From Chloroflexota bacterium (GTDB lineage: Bacteria > Chloroflexota > Limnocylindria > QHBO01): a stretch of DNA of 64,000 bases. Shown piece by piece: positions 1 to 7,312 of the stretch (positions are counted from its first letter, which is position 1; every line of letters begins with the position of its first letter). The stretch is taken from positions 14,843 through 78,842 of the forward strand of contig QHBO01000007.1 of assembly GCA_003243965.1 (NCBI GenBank), given 5' to 3'. Both the position numbers and the translations under genes were made by a program. The notes below the pieces were generated by a model. The model saw only the letters and a program-made list of their open reading frames with translations, was not told the origin of the DNA and did not search any database.

Positions 1-1758
1 AGCGCGCGCCGCATCCCCACCGACCCCGGGACCGCCCGACTGCGCGGCCAGCCGCCCAACCGTTGGCTCGCCGCCGGGGTGATCGCGGTCGCGATCCTGG
101 CGGCCGGAATCGGCCTGACCCTCGGTGCCTTCCTGCTGAACGGCCGTGCGTCGGCCGGAGGCATGGACGCTGCGCTCGGCTACGTGCCGGCGAACGCGGC
201 CACGTACTACGAGCTGCGGCTGGACCTGCCCGGCGATCAGCGCGCAAAGCTCCAGGCGCTGCTCGCGCACTTTCCAAAGGTCGCCGGCGACGCCGTGTCG
301 GGGGACACCCTCGACCGATGGCTTGACGCCGCTTTCAAGCAGGGGGGTGGAAAGCACTCCTACACCGCCGACGTGAAGAGCTGGTTCGACGGACGGCTGG
401 CGGCTGCCCAAACGGCATTCGACGCCGGGGCGCTGAGGGGCGCGGCGGCCATGCCGCGCGGCCTGCTGCTGGTCGGCGTCAAGGATCGCTCGATCGCCGA
501 GTCGCGGATTGTGGCCCTCGCGGCGGAGGCCACCGGCGCCTCGATGAGCTCCGAGAGCTACCAGGGAGTCACCATCCACGTGCTGAGCTGGCCATCGTCC
601 GGCTCAGGGCCGGCGGCCACGGCGCCGCACAGCGTGGCCTACGCGGTCACCGCCGACGAGCTGATCGTCAGCAACGATGCGGCCGGGATCCGCGGGGCGC
701 TCGACGTCCACGCAGGACGAGTCGCAGGCCTTGCCGCCAATGCGGAGCTGCAGGCCGCCATTGCACGCCTTCCGACCGATCGCGTGGCGACCACCGTGGT
801 CAACACCGCAGCCGTCTACACCCAGCTGCGCGCCAGTCTCGGGACGCAGCAGACGGCCTTGACGGCGCTGCTGGATGCCGTCGCGCAGCTGCAGTCGGCG
901 CGGGTCGCGGTTGCCGCCGCACGCTTCGAGAACGACCGGCTGGTCATGATCGGCGCCGCCGGCGCTCCGACCGGGGATCTGGCCGCCGAGAACCGGGACC
1001 GCGGCCTCGCGTCGCACACGCCGCCCGACGCACTGTTGTACGCCGAGACGGGAAACGTCGGTCGGGGATGGGCGGCGCTCATCTCTGGGGTCAAGGCCGC
1101 GCTGAAGGACCGGCCGGAGGGTGCGCAGCTCAAGCAGGCGGAAACGGCGCTCAAGTCCGATCTGGAGTCGTATGTGCGCTGGATCGGCGGCGCGGCCGTG
1201 GTGGCAGGCTGGGACGGAAGCCAGCCCTACCTGGGCGTGATCATCACGCCGACCGATGCCCGCGAAGCCAGCCTTCGCCTCCTGCAGCTGCAGGCGCTCG
1301 CCCAGCTGGCGGCCGCCGGCGGTGGTCCGAAGGTGACCGTCGACGAGCAGCAGCACGGGGCGGCGCGGATCACCACGGTGCACATCTCCGTGCCGGGCGC
1401 GACGGTTCCGGAGTGGGCACGCGCGGTGCAGTACTCGGTCACCGACGGGCGCGTGGTGATCGGCATCGGTGAGCGGTTCGTCGGACGCGTGCTCGATCAA
1501 CAGCCGGCAACCTCGCTCGCCAGCGCGAGCCGGTTCCGGCAGGCGGTGGAGCGCATGGGCGGTCCGTCGAGCGTGTCGCTGAGCTGGATCGACCTGGCAG
1601 GCATCCGCACCGCCATCGAGCAGCAGCTCCCGCCGGCGGTCCGCACTCCTTACGAGGCGCAGGTGCAGCCGTGGCTGCGTCCCTTGGACCTGGCCGTGGG
1701 CGTGACCCGCCTGGAGGACGGCGACATCGTGACGCGCGGCGCGATCACGGTGAAGTGA
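1..1758 (+). CDS. DUF3352-like membrane-anchored protein (5' end probably upstream of the window)
   Basis: Frame is open from base 1. N-terminal TM segment (VIAVAILAAGIGLTLGAFLL), then two repeated 'YVPANA/HTPPDA..Y' units typical of DUF3352. Confidence 0.65.
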   Translation, partial: SARRIPTDPGTARLRGQPPNRWLAAGVIAVAILAAGIGLTLGAFLLNGRASAGGMDAALGYVPANAATYYELRLDLPGDQRAKLQALLAHFPKVAGDAVSGDTLDRWLDAAFKQGGGKHSYTADVKSWFDGRLAAAQTAFDAGALRGAAAMPRGLLLVGVKDRSIAESRIVALAAEATGASMSSESYQGVTIHVLSWPSSGSGPAATAPHSVAYAVTADELIVSNDAAGIRGALDVHAGRVAGLAANAELQAAIARLPTDRVATTVVNTAAVYTQLRASLGTQQTALTALLDAVAQLQSARVAVAAARFENDRLVMIGAAGAPTGDLAAENRDRGLASHTPPDALLYAETGNVGRGWAALISGVKAALKDRPEGAQLKQAETALKSDLESYVRWIGGAAVVAGWDGSQPYLGVIITPTDAREASLRLLQLQALAQLAAAGGGPKVTVDEQQHGAARITTVHISVPGATVPEWARAVQYSVTDGRVVIGIGERFVGRVLDQQPATSLASASRFRQAVERMGGPSSVSLSWIDLAGIRTAIEQQLPPAVRTPYEAQVQPWLRPLDLAVGVTRLEDGDIVTRGAITVK

Positions 1759-1783
1759 CCTCCTCGAGGCGCAGGGGCGTCGG

Positions 1784-2782
1784 TCAGTGGCGGTGGGGAG
1801 CGTGCGGGGCAGCCGGCCGCAGGAGCAGGTCGCGCCGGTCGCCCCAGCGCTTCAGGAAGCGGTAGAAGTTTCTCTTTGACAGCCGATCCCGCTCTGCCGC
1901 CGGGAGCGCGTGATAGCCCCGGTGCACGTGGCGGACGAGCGGGAGGTCGGCAAGCCGCACCGCCCGCCACCCGGCAGCCCGGGCAGCGAAGTTGAAGTCG
2001 AGGTCCGCATTGCGGTGGAAGCGAAAGTGCGGGTCGAAGAGACCGACATCGCGCAGCACCTCGCGCCGCACGGCGAGGAAGTAGGCCTCGACCGCATCGA
2101 CCTCGCCGGGCTCTGCCTCCTCGAACTGCCGCCCATTGTCCGAGGTCAGGCCCCAGGCGCCGGCCACTCCAAGTCGCGGGTCGGCCTCGAAGGCGGCACG
2201 CACCGGTGTCAGGAAGTCGCCGGTCGGTTCGACCGAGGTATCGACCAGGATCGCCACCGCACCGCGCCCGCGCCGCATGCCGAGGTTGACGGCATCCGCC
2301 CATCCGAGCCGATGGCTGGTGGGTAGCAGCGTGACGCGCGGCCGAATCGGGTGGGGAATCTCGGCTGTCACGTCGAACGAGGCAGCGTTCGCGACCGCCA
2401 CCAGCTCCCAGCTGCCGGTCGGCGGGTGCGCGGCGAGTCCGCGCGCAAAGCGCCGCAGATCGGATGGATGATCCTCCGCCACTAGGTGCAGCGTCGCGTC
2501 GGCAGTTGGCTGCTGGTCGAGGAGCGACTCGAGCGTTTCGGCGCTTGCGTAGCCGGTGTCGGCCGCCGCCGCCGGTAGGAGCGGTCGAAGGGTCGAGATT
2601 CCCGTCGAGCCACCGGCCGGGCCATGCGCTGAGCGCGGGGGCCGGTCGTTCACCTCCCAGCCGCGTTCGCGGATCTGGTCACGCAAGGCATCGGCGGTCT
2701 CCCAATCGCGGGCGGCGCGGGCAACGCTCCGTTGCGAAAGGAGCTCAATCACTTCGCGCGGAGCGTCGGGCTCGTCAGCCAC
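1784..2782 (-). CDS. Family 2 glycosyltransferase with N-terminal CysRS C-terminal-like domain
   Basis: N-term ELLSQRSVARAARDWETADALRDQIRERGWEVND; GT2 core ELVAVAN, LGWADAVNLG, ILVDTS, VRREVLRDVGLFD, NADLDF. GTG start overlaps the stop of the upstream gene. Confidence 0.75.
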   Translation of the reverse strand: MADEPDAPREVIELLSQRSVARAARDWETADALRDQIRERGWEVNDRPPRSAHGPAGGSTGISTLRPLLPAAAADTGYASAETLESLLDQQPTADATLHLVAEDHPSDLRRFARGLAAHPPTGSWELVAVANAASFDVTAEIPHPIRPRVTLLPTSHRLGWADAVNLGMRRGRGAVAILVDTSVEPTGDFLTPVRAAFEADPRLGVAGAWGLTSDNGRQFEEAEPGEVDAVEAYFLAVRREVLRDVGLFDPHFRFHRNADLDFNFAARAAGWRAVRLADLPLVRHVHRGYHALPAAERDRLSKRNFYRFLKRWGDRRDLLLRPAAPHAPHRH

Positions 2783-3200
2783 CTGCCGTGCCTTGCCGCC
2801 CGTCACCTGTTCCAGCCGCCGGCCAGGGGGCGACGCGGCCGATCGGTCGGTTCTGCGCATCGCGCGCCAGCTTGTGCGCGCCACTGGTCGGCGGTTCATA
2901 CCGGAGTCGATCCACGGGATCGCCGCCGAGCAGGTGGCGCGTCACGATCTCCTCCGCATCGTCCGGCGTGACCGCTGCGTACCAGATTGAGTCCGGATAG
3001 ATGACCACCATCGGTCCGTTGCCGCACTGGGAGAAGCAGCCTGCGTGGTTGACGCGCACCCGGTCGCTGACCGCCGCCTGCTTGACCAGGGCCTTGAGGC
3101 GGGCGTGGACACCGAGCCCGTCACCATCGACGACGGGGCACCACTCTCCGGAGGTGCAGACGAAGACGTGGCGCTCGTAGACCGCGACGCTCAAAGTCAC
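2775..3200 (-). CDS. Thioredoxin-like [2Fe-2S] ferredoxin
   Basis: HVFVCTSGEWC ... AGCFSQCGNGPMVVIYPDSIWYAAVTPDDAEEIV..HLLGG signature. Confidence 0.85.
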   Translation of the reverse strand: MTLSVAVYERHVFVCTSGEWCPVVDGDGLGVHARLKALVKQAAVSDRVRVNHAGCFSQCGNGPMVVIYPDSIWYAAVTPDDAEEIVTRHLLGGDPVDRLRYEPPTSGAHKLARDAQNRPIGRVAPWPAAGTGDGRQGTAGG

Positions 3201-3336
3201 CCCCGTGAGGTCGGAAAGTACCGGGGAGGCAGAGCCCCCCGCAACCTTACTATCCGGCCAGAAGCCGCGCTCACCGCACCCTGATGTCGATCGGGGCCGC
3301 AAGGGCCACCGCGGCTGGAGGTACCCAGCAAGACCG

Positions 3337-3522
3337 ATGATCACCAACGAGGTCGGGAAGCTGCTGACGGCGTCCGAGGTCGCCGACATGCTGCACCTGC
3401 ACGTCAACACCGTGAAGCGGCTCGGCGACCGCGGCGAGCTGCCCTTCTTCCGCGTCTGCAAGCGCGGTGACCGGCGCTTCCGGCTCGATGACGTCCTCGA
3501 GTTCCTGCGCCGCGCGAAGTAG
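3337..3522 (+). CDS. Small excisionase/BldC-like helix-turn-helix DNA-binding protein (HTH_17)
   Basis: LLTASEVADMLHLHVNTVKRLGDRGELPFFRVCKRGDRRF; GGAGG upstream. Confidence 0.8.
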   Translation: MITNEVGKLLTASEVADMLHLHVNTVKRLGDRGELPFFRVCKRGDRRFRLDDVLEFLRRAK

Positions 3523-3632
3523 CCATCCCGCGGGGTTCCGCTGAGCCAGCAGTAATAGGTCGATGACCGATTGATGCTCGTCCCGGACCCACACCGGGGC
3601 GGCAGTCTCGTCCCGCCAGGGGCGCGCGACAG

Positions 3633-3673
3633 GCGACCGCCGGAGGTGCCCATTTCCGGCGGCCGCTTGCTGT
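3633..3673 (+). terminator. GC-rich hairpin, probable terminator behind the BldC-like gene
   Basis: ccgccgga-ggtgcccatt-tccggcgg followed by cttgctgt. Confidence 0.5.
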
Positions 3674-3692
3674 CCGGCATAATCGGTCGCAC

Positions 3693-4853
3693 ATGACCGA
3701 TGAAGCTGCTCTCCGGCTGGAGGAAGGCCGCCGCCTCCTCGACGGCGGGGATCTCACCGCGGCGGTCACCATCCTTGCCCCGCTCACCGGCCATCCCGAC
3801 CCCGATCGGTCGGGTGAGGCGTGGCTCCTGATCGGCAACGCGCGTTACCGCAGCGACGATGAAACCGGCGCGCTCGAGGCATGGCAGCAGGCGGCGGCCA
3901 GCGGTGGCAGCGCGGCGTGGCTCGGTTGGCGCTCGATGGCGGAGCAACATGTTCGGTCCGGCAACCTGGACGAGGCCGTCGCCGCCTACCGAGAGGCGGA
4001 TCGGCGCGCGCCCACCGCGGAGCGCGGGGCGATCGCGAACCGGATCGCCTGGCTCCTCAAGGAAACCGGCCATGACTTCGCGTCACGCCGGCAGTTCAAT
4101 CGGGCCAGAGGCGCCTACGCCGCCTATCTCCCCTGGGTGACGTACGCGCTGATCGCGATCAACGTGGTCGTGTTCCTCGTCGACTCCGCGCTCGGCGGTT
4201 TCCGGCTGTCGCTGTTCGGCAGCGGCGGGGGACCGCTGCTCGAGCAGGGCGCGGTGTACCAGCAGGCGGTCGCGGCCGGCGAGTGGTGGCGGATCTTCAC
4301 CAGCGCGTTCCTCCACCTCGGCATCCTGCACATCGCGTTCAACATGTACGCGCTCTATCTGTTCGGGCCGGTGATGGAGCAGCTGTACGGGCACCTCGAA
4401 TACGTCGTCCTGTACATGCTGTGCGCCGCCGGAGGCAGCATCCTGACCATCCTGGTGGCCCCGAATACCGCGGCGGCGGGCGCGTCGGGCGCGATCTTCG
4501 GGCTGCTGGGGTTGGGCTTCGTCGTCACGCGACGCCATCACCTGATGCTCGACCGCCATTCCCGCGCGCTGCTCAGCCAGGCCGGCTCGTTGCTGATCAT
4601 CAACCTGGTCATCACCTTCGCCGCGCCGACGCTGATCAGCTGGACCGGCCACGTCGGCGGCCTGCTGGTCGGCGCGCTGATCGGTCTGCTCCTGTCGCCC
4701 GCCCAGGGGTTCACGTTGGGTGGCCGCTGGCGTGGGCCGGGCGGCGAGCAGGTGGAGAGCGGCCTGCCGCTCGCACTGCGGGCCGGCGTCTACGCGGTTG
4801 TCGCTGTGCTGCTGCTGGTCGGCTGGTACGTGGCGATTGGACGCGCAGGCTGA
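3693..4853 (+). CDS. Rhomboid intramembrane serine protease with N-terminal TPR repeats
   Basis: WWRIFTSAFLH, HIAFNM, GASGAIFG, GHVGG motifs; TPR-like helices in the first 130 aa. Confidence 0.9.
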   Translation: MTDEAALRLEEGRRLLDGGDLTAAVTILAPLTGHPDPDRSGEAWLLIGNARYRSDDETGALEAWQQAAASGGSAAWLGWRSMAEQHVRSGNLDEAVAAYREADRRAPTAERGAIANRIAWLLKETGHDFASRRQFNRARGAYAAYLPWVTYALIAINVVVFLVDSALGGFRLSLFGSGGGPLLEQGAVYQQAVAAGEWWRIFTSAFLHLGILHIAFNMYALYLFGPVMEQLYGHLEYVVLYMLCAAGGSILTILVAPNTAAAGASGAIFGLLGLGFVVTRRHHLMLDRHSRALLSQAGSLLIINLVITFAAPTLISWTGHVGGLLVGALIGLLLSPAQGFTLGGRWRGPGGEQVESGLPLALRAGVYAVVAVLLLVGWYVAIGRAG

Positions 4854-4897
4854 AGCCCGGCAGCGGGCACATGGCCTGCTGGACGGAGGTGACCGAC

Positions 4898-5043
4898 TTG
4901 TGCTTTGAGCTCGCCGCCCGACCGCCGCTGCCGCCGATCCGTGGTGGACGCCTCGGATGCCGGCGGACTGCTGCTCACCGGATGCGTCCGCGGCGGCGTG
5001 GCGCGAGGTGCTGCGGTTCATCGGCGCCGGGCGCCCGGCCATC
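4898..5043 (+). pseudogene. Collapsed remnant of a dienelactone hydrolase-family gene
   Basis: RBS GGAGGTGA and TTG, then MCFELAARPPLPPIRGG; DASDAGGLLLT in a second frame; DASAAAWREVLRFIG in a third frame. These resemble the N- and C-termini of this family. Confidence 0.55.
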
Positions 5044-5931
5044 TCAGGGACAGGCTTTCCGCGCTGAGCGCCGGCCACGCGGGGGCGCAGGGCTGACCGG
5101 TCGCAGGTACAGCGTCAGGATCACCAGCACGTAGGTGAGCCAGGCCAACAGGGTGATCCACTCCGGGGCCGCGGCGTAACCGAACAGCGCCCGCAGGAAC
5201 TGGCCCACGATGGCGGCCGGACTGCTGCCTGCATCGGGAAGGACGCCGCTCAGGTCGAATGCGGTGGCGGTGCCGAACGTCACGGCGCGGACGTCCGCGA
5301 ACTCGTGCAGGGCATGGCTCAGCAGGCCCGCGGCGATGAAGACCAGCGCGATACCCGTCCATCGGAAGAAGGTGCCGAGGTTGATGATCCGTGCGCCTCG
5401 ATAGAAGGCGAATCCCAGGGCGCCGGCGATCACCATCCCAACCAGGGCGCCGACCAGCACCGACGCCGCGCCGGCGTCGGCACGTGAGGCCGCGGTGGCC
5501 TGTCCCAGAAGGAAGAGCGCGGTCTCGATCCCCTCGCGGATGAACGCGGTGAACGCCAGCACGGAGAGGCCCCAGACGCGTCCCTCGCTCAGTCGCCGGT
5601 CGATGCCCGCATGCAGCTCGCCGCGCGCGTTGGCGGCGGTGCGGCGCATCCAGAACAGCATCCAGGTCACGACGCCAGCGGCCAGCAGCATGGCCGTGCC
5701 CTCGAAGATCTGCGCGTAGGGACTGCGCAGCTCGCCGATCGTCAGGAACAGGAGCGCTCCCAACGCCACGCTCAGCGCCAGCGCAGCGCCGGCACCGAGC
5801 CAGATCCTCGGAAAGTGCCGGCGATTACCGGTCCGCGCGAGGTAGGCGAGGATGATGCTGACGATCAGCGCGCCCTCGACTCCCTCGCGGAGGCCGGTGA
5901 GCAATCCGGTGGTGAACGAACCGATATCCAA
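5044..5931 (-). CDS. efeU: FTR1/EfeU-family iron permease
   Basis: Two RExxE motifs (LREGVEG, IREGIET); about 7 TM segments. Confidence 0.9.
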   Translation of the reverse strand: MDIGSFTTGLLTGLREGVEGALIVSIILAYLARTGNRRHFPRIWLGAGAALALSVALGALLFLTIGELRSPYAQIFEGTAMLLAAGVVTWMLFWMRRTAANARGELHAGIDRRLSEGRVWGLSVLAFTAFIREGIETALFLLGQATAASRADAGAASVLVGALVGMVIAGALGFAFYRGARIINLGTFFRWTGIALVFIAAGLLSHALHEFADVRAVTFGTATAFDLSGVLPDAGSSPAAIVGQFLRALFGYAAAPEWITLLAWLTYVLVILTLYLRPVSPAPPRGRRSARKACP

Positions 5932-5938
5932 GGCCGAG

Positions 5939-5957
5939 TTAGGGTAGCCTCACCTCG
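5939..5957. promoter_or_regulatory. DtxR/IdeR iron box overlapping the putative -10 (TACCCT) of the FTR1 gene
   Basis: TTAGGGTAGCCTCACCTCG matches 15 of 19 positions of the consensus TTAGGTTAGCCTAACCTAA, just upstream of the start codon. Confidence 0.75.
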
Positions 5958-6078
5958 GACCTTCGTCAATACGAACCACCGCTCCGCGCTGGGATCGTAC
6001 CCGCGGGAATCGGCCGCCGTCCGGCGGCATCGGTACAATCCGGGTTCCACCCTTTGTCCCTCGGCCAGCGGAGCGTGC

Positions 6079-7275
6079 ATGATCGATTTCAGCCTGACCG
6101 ATGAGCAGCGCGAGGTGCAGCGCACCGCTCGCGCATTTGCCGAGCGCGAGATCCTGCCGCGCATCCACGAGCTCGATGCCAAGGCCGAGTACGACCGCAG
6201 CCTGTACGAGAAGATGGGCGCCGAGGGCTTCCTGGGTCTCCCGATCCCGGAGCGTTACGGCGGCGCGGGGATGGACTACATCGCATTCGCCCTGCTGTGC
6301 GAGGAGATGGAGCGGGCCGACACGGCGTTCCGGGTGATCCTCTCGGTCCACACCGGGCTCAACTCGCTGACCCTGCTGCAGTGGGGGACCGAGGAGCAGA
6401 AGCAGAAGTACCTCGTTCCGCAGGCGCGGGGGGAGAAGCTCGCCACTTTCGGGCTCACCGAGCCGGGCGTCGGTTCCGACGCCGCAAACCTGGCGACCAC
6501 CGCGCGCCGCGACGGAGATCGCTATCTCCTCAACGGATCGAAGATCTGGATCAGCCTGGCCGATACCGCAGACCACTTCCTGGTGTTCGCCACGGTTGAC
6601 CGCGGCCGCGGCCACCGGGGGATCACCGCCTTCGTCGTCGAGCGCGGCTTCCCGGGGTTCAGCAGCGACTCGCTGCACGGCAAGCTCGGCGTCCGCGCGG
6701 GCAACACCGGGATCCTGTACTTCGCCGACTGCGAGGTGCCGGTGGCGAATCGGGTCGGCGAGGAGGGCGAGGGCTTCGCCATCGCCATGAGCGCCATCGA
6801 CCAGGGCCGCTACACCGTCGCGGCGGGCAGCGTCGGTCTTGCGCAGGCGTGCCTCGACGCCTCGGTGAAGTATGCGCACGAGCGCCGGGCATTCGGCCAG
6901 GAGATCGGTGAGCACCAGCTCGTGAAGCAGATGCTGGCCAGGATGTACCAGGGCACCGAGGCGGGTCGCCTGCTCGTGTTCAAGGCCGGCTGGAAGAAGA
7001 ACCTGGGTGAGCGCAACACGCGCGAGACAAGCCTCGCCAAGTGGTTCTGCACCGACCATGCGGTGCAGAGCGCGATGGATGCCATCCAGGTGCATGGTGC
7101 CTACGGCTACTCGAACGAATACCCGGTGGAGCGTTATCTCCGCAACTCGAAGGGTTCGGTGATCTACGAGGGCACGAGCCAGATTCACACCCTGATCCAA
7201 GCCGACTACCTGCTCGGCTACCGCCGCGATCGCGACCTCCGCATGCCACAACTCCCGTACGAGGGCGGGAGCTAG
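6079..7275 (+). CDS. Acyl-CoA dehydrogenase
   Basis: FGLTEPGVGSD, LNGSKIWIS, KLGVRAG, QVHGAYGY, IYEGT. Confidence 0.95.
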   Translation: MIDFSLTDEQREVQRTARAFAEREILPRIHELDAKAEYDRSLYEKMGAEGFLGLPIPERYGGAGMDYIAFALLCEEMERADTAFRVILSVHTGLNSLTLLQWGTEEQKQKYLVPQARGEKLATFGLTEPGVGSDAANLATTARRDGDRYLLNGSKIWISLADTADHFLVFATVDRGRGHRGITAFVVERGFPGFSSDSLHGKLGVRAGNTGILYFADCEVPVANRVGEEGEGFAIAMSAIDQGRYTVAAGSVGLAQACLDASVKYAHERRAFGQEIGEHQLVKQMLARMYQGTEAGRLLVFKAGWKKNLGERNTRETSLAKWFCTDHAVQSAMDAIQVHGAYGYSNEYPVERYLRNSKGSVIYEGTSQIHTLIQADYLLGYRRDRDLRMPQLPYEGGS

Positions 7276-7312
7276 CGGCACGAACCGCCCTTGCTCGCTC
7301 GCTGGTCCCGGC

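Noticed and set aside
3337-3522. Excisionase-like gene as evidence of a prophage or ICE
   Set aside because: No integrase, att site or phage genes nearby
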